A DNA stretch of 43,301 nucleotides from NCBI RefSeq assembly GCF_001194135.2, contig NC_068991.1, forward strand, positions 32,088,181-32,131,481. The letters are read 5' to 3'. The notes under the pieces were generated by a model. The model saw only the letters and a program-made list of their open reading frames with translations, was not told the origin of the DNA and made no database searches. The translations under genes and the position numbers were made by a program. Shown here in pieces: positions 1 through 11,617 of the stretch. Source of the stretch: Octopus bimaculoides (taxonomy: Eukaryota). Position 1 is the stretch's first letter. The number at the start of each line of letters is the position of its first letter.

Positions 1-209
1 AGCGTGGCCGTTTTCGTGCGGGTGACACGTAAAAGCACCCACTACACTCTCTGAGTGGTTGGCGTTAGGAAGGGCATCCAGCTGTAGAAACTCTGCCAAA
101 TCAGACTGGAGCCTGGTGTTGCCATCCGGTTTCACCAGTCCTCAGTCAAATCATCCAACCCATGCTAGCATGGAAAGCGGACGTTAAACGATGATGATGA
201 TGATGATGA
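1..209 (+). mobile_element. 3' end of RTE-type LINE, or a SINE carrying its tail, ending in (GAT)n; cut by the window start
   Basis: Nearly colinear with the 3' UTR and (GAT)n tail of the RTE LINE at about 24740-24984 (cacgtaaaa-gcacccactacactct...ccaacccatg-agcatggaaa-ggac-ttaa-cgatgatg). Confidence 0.75.
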
Positions 210-321
210 ACATGTATATATCAGAACTCATGTGTGTGTTTTGAAGGAGACATAAAAGAGAGAGAAACAGAGGCCTATAAATGGAAGTGTTAAAATTATA
301 TCGAACTTAATATATTACTAC

Positions 322-705
322 TATCATCATTTTAATGTTCACTTTCCCATGCTTGCATTGGTCAGATGGAATTCACTGAGGCAAATTTTCTATGGTTAGA
401 TGCCTTCCCTGTTTCCAAACACAATAATATTTCCCTTTTGCCAGACATGTTTTCATAGAAGTCTAAAAACAAAATAACCAGGCTCGTATGATATCGATGC
501 TTATTTACAACCATTATGAGATGTCAACACAAGGAGATACTAACACTCATACACACCCACATGCACACTAAGCGTCTTTTGGTTTCCTTCCAAATTTATT
601 TACAAGGTTTTGGTCAGCCTGGGGTTATAGTAGAAGACACTTGCCCAAGAGTGAACCCTAAACTATCTGTGCATGAAGCAAGCTTCTTAGTCACATCTGC
701 ACCTA
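322..705 (-). mobile_element. Degraded tRNA-derived CORE-type SINE with RTE-like tail
   Basis: 570-705 is the reverse complement of the SINE head/core seen intact at 34438 (tagtagaagacacttgcccaag). 322-420 is the reverse complement of an RTE-type tail ending in ATGAT repeats. Confidence 0.5.
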
Positions 706-789
706 TATTACTATTTGCAATACATCTAGCTGTTTCGAATACATACATCTAAAGCAGAACTTTTTCAGGAGCACTCAAAATACTATTGT

Positions 790-1178
790 GGATCCCCAAT
801 TTATTATTTTCTTATCTGGACTCCCAAAAATTTTATACGGACCTTCATATGGTTGAGAATCACTGAGGTGGTGCTGGAAATTGCCTGTAGCGAATTGTAA
901 AGATGTGTTAACAGATTAAAGGGAGGCAACTTCAGATGAATTCTATTAAACTAAACCAGTGGCTCTCAACCATTTTTCTTTTTTTTTCGCCTATCGATCC
1001 CTTTGATTCCTCTTTTGCTTGGGTGAACCCTCAGAACCATTCGATGTTTAAAAAAATCCGATTATATTTTCATAATTAAATATTATTAAGAACTGTATTA
1101 AAAAAATTTTAAATACTGTGTGTTGTACAAGTATAAGCAATTTATTGCACATAAATTTTAACAAAACTTATATGGACT
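790..1178. mobile_element. Two partial hAT (Charlie-like) non-autonomous elements
   Basis: Right-end TIR ggttgagaatcactg at 851-865 and left-end TIR cagtggctctcaacc at 957-971. The second element is cut off by a SINE near 1178. Confidence 0.45.
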
Positions 1179-2190
1179 TTGCCTTCCATCCTTTTGACGT
1201 TGATAAAATAAGTACCAGTTGAACACTGGAGTCAACTGAATTTACTTAGCACCTATCCCCCACCCACCTGCTGGCCTTGTATCAAAATTTGAAATCATTT
1301 TTAGGTGGTGAATTGGCAGAATGCTTAATGGCATTTTGTTCAGCTTTATGTTCTGATTTCAAATTCCACTTGGGTCAACTTTACATTTCATCCTTTCGAG
1401 GTCAGTAAAATAAGCATTAGTTAATCACAGGGGTTGATGTAATTGACTAGCCTCCTCCCCAAAATTTCAGGCCATGTATCTTATAGTAGAAAGAATTATT
1501 ACTATTATTAATATTATAATGTTGTATCACAGTTCACCTATCACAGTTTATTATTTAAGCTTACATTGATTCCTCCGTGGTGTTGTTTTGCATTTATAAT
1601 AAAATAAATATATAAAAATTAAAAAAATATATTCAGTACAGTACTGTCTCTACTTTGTGGATTTTCACCTATTGCGGGGGGTTTTGGAACGTAATGCCTG
1701 TGATAGTTGAGGGATTACTGTATTATTATTATTAAGGCGGTGAACTGGTAGAATTGTTAGCACACTGGGCAAGATGCTTAGCAGCTTTTCATCTGCCCTT
1801 ACGATCTGAATTCAAATTCCGCTGAGGTCAACTTTGCCTTTCATCCTTTTGGGGTCGATAAATTAAGTACCAGTTGAGCACTGGGGTTGATGTAATTGAC
1901 TTGTCCCCTCTCCCCAAATTTCAGGCCTTGTGCCTATAGTAGAAAGGATTATTATTATTATTATTGTTGTTAAGGCGGCAAGCTAACAGAATCATTAGGG
2001 TGCCAGGTAAAATGCTTTGAGGCATTTCGTCCATCTTTACATTCTGACTTCAAATTCCACTATGGTTGACTTTGCCTTTCATCCTTTTGGGGTCAATAAA
2101 ATAAGTATCAGTTGAGTACTGGGGTCAATGTAAACAACTTACTCTCTCCTCCCAAACTTGTTGGCATTGTGCCAAACTTTGAAACTATTA
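1178..2190 (+). mobile_element. Head-to-tail cluster of four copies of one tRNA-related SINE (about 1178-1301 partial, 1303-1500, 1735-1950, 1973-2185)
   Basis: Repeated head ggcggtga-ctggcagaat (A-box-like), gttcaaattcc-type B box, body ctttgcctttcatccttt-ggggtc-ataaa-taagtaccagttgag-actggggt, and (ATT)n spacers. Confidence 0.85.
1515..1720. mobile_element. Tigger/pogo-like MITE fragment between SINE copies
   Basis: Ends in gagggattactg followed by TA, the reverse complement of a CAGTAATCCCTC Tigger-type TIR. The left end was not found. Confidence 0.4.
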
Positions 2191-2874
2191 TTATTATCAT
2201 TGTCGTCGTCATCTCTGAAGGAGATGGAACGGCTTGATATACAGGCAAAATGAATAAATAGCTCAAGAGAAAAATAAATACGTGATTTATTGGAAATAAC
2301 CAAAGATGAGTCAGTGACTAGCAAACAAAACGGACAGATAACACTACCATATTTATTGGTTGGCAGCCTCACCTATATGTAAAGGCAGCAGTTTTGTGTT
2401 ATGTAGCTGTGGCTCTTTCTCTCACAACGCTAAGAGATGAAGAGTGGAGAAGATGTAGAACTGCCAGATGTGAATGGAGTTAAAGCAACAAGTGTAGTAG
2501 AAGTAGTGGTGGTCGTTGTCATAGTGGTGGTAGTGGTAATAATACTGGTGTTGTTGGTAGTATGTCCTTCACTGATTATAGCAATGGAACCTCAACACAG
2601 CTCTCTTGCTCCTTGTATTGAAGTAGATGTAACAACAACAACAACAACAACAACAATAGTGGTGATGATAAGAAGAAGGAGGTGAAGGATGAGTGGGAAA
2701 CAATGTGGTGACTGTGTCCAGGGCTTATCTTAAGATAATACAGAAATCAAATACACAAGTCTCTCTGCAGACACACACACAGTCTTCAATGTATTCAGTT
2801 TTTTTTTTTTTTGTGTGTAAATGGTTTCCTTTGTTCTTAGATTAAGATAATCATATCATCTATACAATTTATGC

Positions 2875-2905
<31 letters not shown>

Positions 2906-3524
2906 AACACACACAAATATTTGAGGAAATGCGTAGATATATTGTTAACTACATTGCATAAAGAAGTTCTCAGACACAACAACATTTGTAATTGCAGTAG
3001 TGGTAGCAGCAGTAGTATTAGTAAATCAGTGACTAAGTGTTGTATATGAAAAGATTATTTATCACAACTACTTTATAAAATAGACTGTGTGCCATACCTC
3101 AAAGCAGTGAGATTATGTACACACATTTGATTGTTTTGCTTTCATAAGTATTTTTGAAGAGGTCACTCCAACAGATGTCTACAATATCTCTGATTATACC
3201 ATTAACATACTAAAGAATACTCAAATGAAATCATTGGAAGCTACAGCCGAAAGACTGTCAGCAGACATCACATTTGCCTGACTGCAAGTCATACAAAATC
3301 ATTAGAAAGGCAGTCAACAAATTGATGTAACATAGAATATTAACAATATAACAAAGCAACATGTAGTAGATGTACATAATGTTACACACACCAAGAATAC
3401 AGACGTGTGCCTGGTAGTGGTGGTGGTGCAGAATAAATTCATATAAAATTGTTGAAAACATGATGGTGGTGGTGGTGATGATGTTGATAAATTCTAACAT
3501 TGACAAAACTACAAATTTCAGAGC

Positions 3525-3710
3525 AGGAAGTAGAGGGCGGTAGAGTTTATCAACCTCAGTATTTAATGGTTATGCTAGCATGGAAGGCAAACATAAAATG
3601 ATGATGATGATGAGAAAGATGAAGGGCTAAGTTGATCTCAGTAGGATTTGAATTCAAAATGTAAACAGATGTTTACAATGGTGGTGTCCCAGCATGGCTG
3701 CAGCTCTTGA
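3525..3710 (-). mobile_element. tRNA-related SINE copy (same family as 1735-1950) interrupted by an RTE-tail fragment
   Basis: gggctaagttgatctcagtaggatttgaattcaaaatgtaaac is the reverse complement of the SINE head/B box. tgctagcatggaaggc...atgatgatga at 3573-3613 matches the (GAT)n tail family. Confidence 0.55.
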
Positions 3711-4294
3711 GCTGAAACTAGCAAAAGAGTTAGATGTATTGAAATACCACCATACCACATGGGTCATCTTTAAATGTAACCCTTGGTTTTAATGGCTTCC
3801 ACAAAGTGGACTTCATTAAAGACAACCAATGGCCTGAAGACAATGATACATCTGGTGGGATTCCTCAGTTTCTCTTTACTGAATTCCAGTCACAAGGCTT
3901 GGATTGACCCAGACTTATTTTGCAAGCTATTTACCCAAGGTGCCATACACTAAAATTACACCCAGAGACTTTTGGTTGTTAAATAAACTTCTTAACCACT
4001 CAGTTATGAGTGCTTGCACTATAAATGTAAATAAAATCAAACAGAAAATGTAAAACATTTCAAGTTTCCTTCATTTATTAATTACTTAAAATGGGATCTA
4101 ATGATGGGGGCTCTAACAGATCATGCAAACCTGCTAGAAATAGCAACCAAATTATCTCTTACAGCAGGAAGGAAACATTAGACAATACAATTGTAAATAT
4201 ATAAAAAGACAAATTGATGTAGATTTTGTAAAGTGATGGACTGATTGACCATATGCAAGAGTTTGCTAAAGGATAGGGATTTGCTAATTCTCAC

Positions 4295-4384
4295 CTTGAT
4301 ATAAGACCTGTGTTCCCTTTTTTACCCAACTTCCAATCTTTTCCAATCCTCAAATAATAACCCCAAATAATAACTGGAACAGTT
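4295..4384 (-). other. Candidate downstream exon; supplies AA to form a split TAA stop if spliced to exon 4745-4900
   Basis: Acceptor ttattttaaatactctag|AACTG and possible donor CAAG|gtgaga. Only the phase-2 frame is open on its own (TVPVIIWGYYLRIGKDWKLGKKGNTGLIS). Confidence 0.3.
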
Positions 4385-4744
4385 CTAGAGTATTTAAAAT
4401 AAGTAGGTAGACAACACGCACAAACATGTATATACACATATATACATATGCACATAAATACACAAACATTTATATGCACACACATGTTGATAAATAAAAT
4501 TAGTCATGTTCAGCCATTTAAAAAAAAATGTTACCAATTCAACGTTAACTGTTAACATGTTTCTCATGGTTAGTTTGTTAAATTGATCTTCAATGACATC
4601 AGTGAGTTTTTTAGAGAGAGAGTATTGTTTAAGGAGTAAAGAGTAATAAACACTCGCAGGAATTTGATATATATGCATGCATGTACATACACACACAACA
4701 TACATACAATATTGTTTAGGAAGTAAGGAGTAATGGACACTTAC

Positions 4745-4900
4745 AGTCATAATATACAGCATCTTCAAAGAGATCCTCATCATAATCCTCGCCATCAATT
4801 TGCTCCTCTAAGTAATGCTCTAACTCCCCTCGTAAACCTCTGTACAATTCTCTGCGTAAATCATCGTTTAAACACTTTTCTAACTCCTCCTCCTCCAGAA
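4745..4900 (-). CDS. Internal coding exon (156 nt, phase 1-1) of an uncharacterised gene: xLEEEELEKCLNDDLRRELYRGLRGELEHYLEEQIDGEDYDEDLFEDAVYYD
   Basis: Acceptor cttcattttaccccttaag|TT, donor GACT|gtaagt, length divisible by 3, open frame, and a protein-like acidic/helical sequence in a locally GC-richer island. Confidence 0.8.
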
Positions 4901-6092
4901 CTTAAGGGGTAAAATGAAGAATGAGGGAGAAAGATGAAACAATGAGGTTGTGGAATGTAATCAGAACAATGATGGTGGATGGGAAATAAAATGAAAGGAT
5001 GTTAATAGTAGTTTATTCCTTTCAAGTCATATTAATGGCAGTTGCCCCTTGCAAGTGGTATTTAAAAGCATCATATGTAGAGTAATAAATAGTCTTTCTA
5101 AATTCTGGGTGACTTTTAATAGTCAATGCTTACTCAGTGCTAGTTGAAAGGTATTCAGTAGTTGATAGATAAAAAATCTTATTCCTGAAGAAGGCACTAG
5201 TCTATTGCATAGATAACATAATTACAGTCTGTTCTCAACAGCCACAACTGTTGAAGAATAAAGTGTTGAGATATCTGCAGTAATTTCAAACTGATAATCT
5301 TAGAACAGGTAATCCAATACCTTACCCTCCTTGACCATTTTTGGTTGGATTTTAAGGAAACAGGTTCAGGGCTCACTTCAAGATTTGAGTCACAAAAGAA
5401 TAATAAAGAGGTAGAGTTAATTAGATACTAAACAGGATTAAGAGAGAACACACATACACAAGAAATTAAGATAAACAACAAGTTTATAATATTAGTTCCT
5501 ACATATGTTTCACCATTATGGTTGTTTGGAATCATTCATTGGGTGTTCCAAGAGAATTTGGGTGCTTAACCAGAATGGATCATCAGGGAATACTTTATTG
5601 CATTAAGTTTTCTCTGTAACCCAATGCAGGGTTCTAAACAACAATAATGGCAAAATTGTTTATCTTAATTTCTCCTACATTTGCTATTTCATAACTAGTA
5701 ATACTATTCAGTATAGGAGTTACTTAACCACTATACTGAAAACAGACTGGAATACGATAATCTACAAGGAGCACTAAACTTTTCTCACTGTATTGTGTGT
5801 TTGTTTCTTCTTTGCATCTGTTATTTTATTATTGGTCTCTTATATAAATGAAGACATATTCTTTAGTTTGCTGCTTATCTTGACATGAAATGAGAAGATA
5901 CATAGTGGAACTGTTATTTTAACGAGTTATATCTATTTATCACCCGAAGAGATACATCTGTACTGTCAGATGCTCCTGAACCAGTTATTAAGTATCCCAC
6001 TTGTGAGGGATCGATGCTAGATGAGTTGAAACAATTGTAGTGATGAATAAAAATTCATGCATCTTCCATTCACTATATATATATATATATAT

Positions 6093-6124
6093 NNNNNNNN
6101 NNNNNNNNNNNNNNNNNNNNNNNN
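6093..6124. other. Assembly gap (N run) after (TA)n
   Basis: 32 N. Confidence 1.
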
Positions 6125-6130
6125 TATATA

Positions 6131-6990
6131 CAAGGGGATACCCAAAAGAAACCAGAATTTTGCAATATTATTTTATCCACTTAGTTTTACATGTTTACAC
6201 TTTTATCGTCTTCAAAATATTCTCCATTTGAAGCAATGCATCGGTCCAGACACATTTTCCATTGTTCAAAGCTGTGCTGGAATTCTTGCAAAGTGATGCT
6301 TTTTAATGCCTCTGTCGTTTCTTCTTCATCTCTTCCACATCTGCAAATTCTGTAGCACCAGCTTTCATCACGAGTGATGACCTTCAGAAAAAGGTCCAGA
6401 TCAATTTCCAACTGTTCTTTCAGTTCACGACACACATTCAGTCATGACTTTTGACCTACTGTGAACAAACGAGGCACAAATTTTCCTGCAACTCTTTTCA
6501 TTCGCAATTCCTTGCTCAAAATTCGTTGGCAGGAGCTCCAGGACACACTAGTCATATCAAAAAGTTTGTCAATTATCCAAGATCAGTTCATGAATTTTCA
6601 TGATATTTCCATTCATTCGGGAGGTCAACAGATGCCCTGAACAAAGTTGGTTTTCAAGTGACAAGTGACCATTCCTAAAGAATGAAAACAACTTGTAAAC
6701 TTGTGTTTTGCTTATGGCAGCATCCTTGTAAGCTGTTTGTAGCATGTCAACTGTTTTAGCTGCCGTTTTCCCCAGCAAAAAACAGAATTTCATGGAAGCA
6801 TGCTTTTCCTTTGTTTCAGCCATCACAAAAATTGATGAACAAAGACACATTATGTGGCAGTACAATTGCAACTGTGGTTGGCAGATTGATGCTAGAGGGT
6901 TGCATCAAGTAGCTTTTAGCAATGAAAGACTGAACTACAATGGGCTTGTCCCACAGAGAACATTTCCAGTTGCTTTTGGGTACCTCCTCG
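6131..6990 (-). mobile_element. Internally deleted mariner transposon, 860 bp, with both TIRs and TA target duplications
   Basis: Left TA|CAAGGGGATACCCAAAAGAAACCAGAA; right, reverse-complemented, TA|CGAGGAGGTACCCAAAAGCAACTGGAA. The minus strand encodes a mariner N-terminus (KFCFLLGKTAAKTVDMLQTAYKDAAISKTQVY), the first-Asp motif VITRDESW and the C-terminal EFQHSFEQWKMCLDRCIASNGEYFE. Confidence 0.92.
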
Positions 6991-7039
6991 TATATACACA
7001 AACACACACAGATGTCTATATTCCATTTGCCAGCATGGG

Positions 7040-7235
7040 TTCCTCTTAAATAGTTGTTAAATATATTAGAAACAGCAGCTAAATATCCCTTTCATCTTAA
7101 TAAAAAAAGACACATTGGACAATGTAATCCAAATACACAATATCTGAAATAAATGATGGATCGGTTAAAGCTTGAACAGTTTTGATCAAAGATCTGCTTG
7201 ATCAAGGCTGGCCTGGGGTTAAATAAGACCAGCAC
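7040..7235 (+). repeat. Dispersed repeat (SINE-associated 3' module); other decayed copies near 4110-4270(+), 8590-8790(-), 9650-9860(+), 14500-14690(-), 25960-26170(+), 37680-37830(-), 39440-39690(+), 39780-40000(-)
   Basis: Recurrent motifs tagaaa-agca-ccaaat-tc-ctcaaatcac, gacacattgga-aatgta, ttgatcata-gtct, ctgacctgggg-taaacaacaac. Confidence 0.6.
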
Positions 7236-9241
7236 CATAGAGTAAAGTTATAATTTCTAAACAATGTCTGGACATGTAGAACATGTGACTTGAGACTCTA
7301 TAGCCCTAATGTTGAGTCATGAATAATGCGATCTTTTCAATGAAATTGTGGGATAAAAATTTCTAAGGATACAGAGTGTAAATCACCTTTTATTTAAAAT
7401 GTCTATGATGGATTGGTCAAAGAGGATGAGTTCCTTTTAAATGATGTCAGTAATCCTCTGACAGACTCTGTTAAAGGTGGCAGTATTAAAATGGGTGATG
7501 AGTGCAGCCTACTCATTACTGTAGAAGTGAAGAAAGAATAATTGACACATTTATACCGTGTCTTTCTGATAATATTTCATATATGTTGTGTCTTTCTAAA
7601 GCATTTAAATGAGAATGAGTTTTACGAATGATTGGAGTGGGAGAAAGATGAAATATATGAGAAGAGGAGTTGTTAATACAATTATATTTAGATTATTAAT
7701 CTTTACAGATGAAACCTTATTTATATTTGCACTACTTTTTAATTAGTTTCCTGTCATTATCATCAGATGTTATATTCCTGGATGTGCACATAGTACCAGA
7801 CTTGATCCAAATAAGGAAAGTAGCATTTTTAAGCCACTGATGCATGTATAATTTGAGACTATATGTATCCATGAATAATACACCTGATGACAACCGAAGA
7901 ATAAACTGATGTAGAGTAGATGTAAATATATTGTTTAAAATGTCCTATCTTAAAAGAGTTTAATAGTTAGGAAAATTATAATCTTGTGTCAGAAAAATGT
8001 TCAAGACAGAGAAGAGGAAGACAGTTCCAGTGTGACTCATTGACTAGCAGATATTGAGAGGGTCTATTTACAGTCATTATAATGTTAGAGGTAAGTCAAT
8101 AAAAGCACTTTGATGTCTAAATCTGTTAATAAACTTGGTATTCTAGATTTACCGGAAGGGTTGGTTTTGCTTTTACTTAGTTTTTGAAAGAATAAATAAT
8201 TCTAACTAATATTTGACTGTTTATTTAGAAACTGTTTTAAATAACATTCAAAGATGATAATAAATAACAGGTGTGAGGGAGAGATGTGTGGAGGAGGAAT
8301 ACATGAGACTTAGATGGAAGGATTTTGGCAAACATGGAGAAAAAGCTTTAAACAAAAACTTCAAAACAAAACAAAAACAAGTGACAAGCATTCAATGAAA
8401 AGATGATTATGATAAAGATACAGCTTTAATAAAACAAAAACAAAACAAAAAAATATTTAAATAAATGATGGGGATTATTGCAACATTGAAAAAAAGGAGG
8501 AAATATTTGGTGAAAGTTTGCTATTACTTGTTTTATGAATTTTATTATTTTTGTCTTATTGAAACTGTTAATTTTTTAATTGGGTTCAAATATTGTTGTT
8601 GTTTGCACCGAGATCAGTCCTTACTGAACACACTTTGATTTAAAAGTATTCCAGCTAGTCTATTATTATTATTATTAATTTTTTCGGCCTAATAATAGAT
8701 TTTGTTCTAGACATCTAGTTAGCATGTGATTTAAGAGAAATTTGGTTGCCATTTTAAGCTAACTGAACAACTATGAGAAAGTTTCCCACTTCTAATTTTA
8801 CTTTTATGTTGTTTTTAAGTGCTACAGAGATGAGTTAGTGAACAGGCTTCAATTCCTGGCAAAACTAATTCACTTCTTTTATGTCTCTTTGACCAAATTT
8901 CACCAAAAGTCTTCAGAGTCAATGGAAAAAATTGTCCGTTGACTGATTTAAAATCAATGTGAGCTAAAAGAGATAACTCAAACTTTCCAGTGACAAAATG
9001 GTGTAACAAATGACACACACACACACACACAAAAGGAAAAAAGGAGACAATGAACTGAAATTTCTTTCAGTTGAAGGAAGAAACAAAAGCCTAGCAGTTT
9101 TGTTTACAAGTCCCAAAGGAAAGGGGAGATAACTTAATGAATTTGAGAAAATTTAATGTTTGTTAGGGAAAAAAATACTGATCTTTGCCAGCAAAGCCAA
9201 ATTCCACTCTTATTCGTATCAGCAAAGAAGTCTTCTCATAC

Positions 9242-9274
9242 CTGCTGACAAATAACTTTCCTCATAAGTAATTT
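9242..9274 (-). CDS. Candidate coding microexon (33 nt, phase 1-1): xITYEESYLSA
   Basis: Acceptor aatattattttgacag|AA, donor GCAG|gtatga, frame-preserving and open in phase 1. Confidence 0.5.
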
Positions 9275-10639
9275 CTGTCAAAATAATATTCACTACCTAC
9301 CTCACTTATATAAATTTCCATGAGCGCTAATTAAACACTATCTTAACCATGAAAAATATCTCTAAAGTTTCATATCTTTTATTTTGTTATAAATATGATC
9401 AGGAAAGTGCTAATGTACTGTTTTTAAGGGTTACCAGTCTTGAATTCCTGTGATTAGAAAGGTAAAGTGACCAAGTATGTAAAAAATTTTCTCTAATGGG
9501 TTGGTAGTTCAAATCTGATACAGAAATTTCATAGTATCCCAGGACCACAGAATTAGTAGCAGACTTTTTCTGAGAAAAACATCTGAAAGTGAGAGTGATT
9601 TGTCTTCATCTGTTTAATGTTGGACTTGGAACTGGTTCTACATAGATCTCTATGATAATTTCAAAGGATTGCTGTGTCAGACGACAAACTGGAACTAACA
9701 CTACAACTTTGCCAGGTCAAACCAACAATGGGATTGTTTGACCCGAAAGAAATAGCAACCAAATTGTCCTCAAATCACACCCTGTTGTCCTGTAAAAGAA
9801 GACAATGTACTCCTTGGGCTTCAATCATAAGTCTGTTATATGAAAAGTTGAAACAATAACAATTACTGTTTGGGGTAGGGAAGATGACTAAAGAAACAAT
9901 AACTTTAACCACTTCCTCCTACTTCTCTTTTTAAATTTTGACCACAGAATATGTCATCTCCTTTTTATCAAATTTAGAAGAAATGGCAGGAGAAAAAAAT
10001 GTTAATGCAAATGAAATTATAATTAATAACATGAAATTATAAACTGAAAATGTGGCAGAGGAGGATGAGAATGGAATGATGTTAAATAACATGGCAGCAA
10101 TAATGGTAATAAGATTTAATTGGTAAATAACAAAAATGATGATGATGATAACAATGACAACAACAACAACAACAGCAGCACCAAAAAAAATAAAACAGAC
10201 AGACATGCTGATATGAACTCAGACTGACAGAATAATGGGGAAGAAGTAATATTGCAAAGAAAACTAAGATGTCAATAATATTTGTTGTTACACCATAGGT
10301 ATAGCAGTATTGATAAATTAACAAACATACATATATATCTTACACATATATTTATTCTCTCCCCACTCTCTCTTTCTCACACTATATACAATGTGAGGAT
10401 ATTTAGTTAGCAGTATATTACTTTCTTCAAATCAATTAAAAGGCTTTCAGATCTGCCATAGTAGGTAAAATGCTAACACAAGAATTGAAAATATATGTAG
10501 TTATTGTTGCTGTAAGTGCAGAACACAATGATTTAAAAGCTACCAACTTTCTAAATATTACAAGATCTTTTGTACACAAAGTTTAGATAGAATTGGAATC
10601 CTCTGGCAAGAATATTCCAGTTATATGTTTGAACACTAT

Positions 10640-11561
10640 ATGGACACAGCAATTTATTCATCAGGTTCAAAACATTATTGATGATAACCCTGGAAAATCA
10701 ATGAGGGCTATTGCCAAAAAACCTCAGAACTGTGGCACATGAGGGCATTAGATACAAGTCATATGTACTGAGGAGAGGCCAATTCATGTCTGCAAAGATA
10801 CAAGAAAACTGTTTAATCTGTGCCCAACAGATTAAAATCCCTCACAAACATGGTATACTTTTATTCTTGCTTGATGAGAAAAACTTTGATCAAGACCAAA
10901 AGTCTAACAAGTGAAATGACAGGCAGTTATGTACAGGGTCTTCTAATGTCCCCAAAGTGATACTAAGTTTCCATCAACAACTGTGATGGTTTTAGGAGTA
11001 ATGAGTTACAAAGTTAATATCATGCAACCTCACATCTTTCCATAGGGTCTTGGAATTAATGCTGCTGGATATGGTGAGTTTCTAGAGACAGTTTTTAAGA
11101 CCTTAGTGGATGAAGTACACAGTAGAAGGCCATACAAAGTTTTAACAAAACTCAGTATCTTCTCACAAAGCCTATATAACCCAAGAAAGGCTGTTAGACA
11201 ATCTTCACAATCTTGTAATACCAAAATTGTGGCATCCAAACTTGCCAGATTTATATCTTTTGGATTACTATGTCTGGAGCACTGGTGAAATGTGGACTAT
11301 CCAACAGTCTTACAACACCATAACTTCACTGAAGGCCACCACTGCTCAGATAACGTCTGAAATGATTAAAGTCCATTTAGTGCAGGTATGTCAACTATCC
11401 TGGTCTGGCAGTGAAGCAATCATTGAAGCTAAAGGCAGATTCATAGAATAATGTTATAAGAGAACTTCTGCATGAATTTTATTAAAATACGTTTGGTTTT
11501 TGTTAGATTAGAGTGGTTTATTTTATTCCCAAATATGTCCACAAATACCTCTGGCACCCTG
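10640..11561 (+). mobile_element. Decayed Tc1/mariner-superfamily DD37D (maT-type) transposon; 5' end missing
   Basis: Frameshifted transposase motifs VQNIIDDNPGKSMRAIAK, IRYKSYVLRRGQFMS, LDEKNFDQDQKSN, VMVLGVMS and QNSVSSHKA...WHPNLPDLYLLDYYVW, with 37 residues between the second and third catalytic positions. Right TIR ends caccctg followed by TA. Confidence 0.85.
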
Positions 11562-11588
11562 TATATATCTTACACATACATACATTTA

Positions 11589-11617
11589 CTCTCTCTCTCT
11601 CTCTCTCTCATATACAT

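Noticed and set aside
1735-1825. tRNA gene suggested by A/B boxes (also at 34438)
   Set aside because: The boxes belong to multi-copy SINE heads with no complete cloverleaf; no true tRNA, rRNA or CRISPR array was seen anywhere in the window.
5326-5430. Minus-strand donor GAGG|gtaagg with upstream ATG (MVKE) or a phase-0 exon
   Set aside because: The phase-1 frame has an upstream stop and no acceptor, and the phase-0 version does not fit the exon chain; it cannot be supported without reads.
7400-7550. Protein-like 47-aa plus-strand frame and a strong minus-strand acceptor at about 7520
   Set aside because: The plus frame lacks both a start and an acceptor; the minus frame hits a stop before any good donor.
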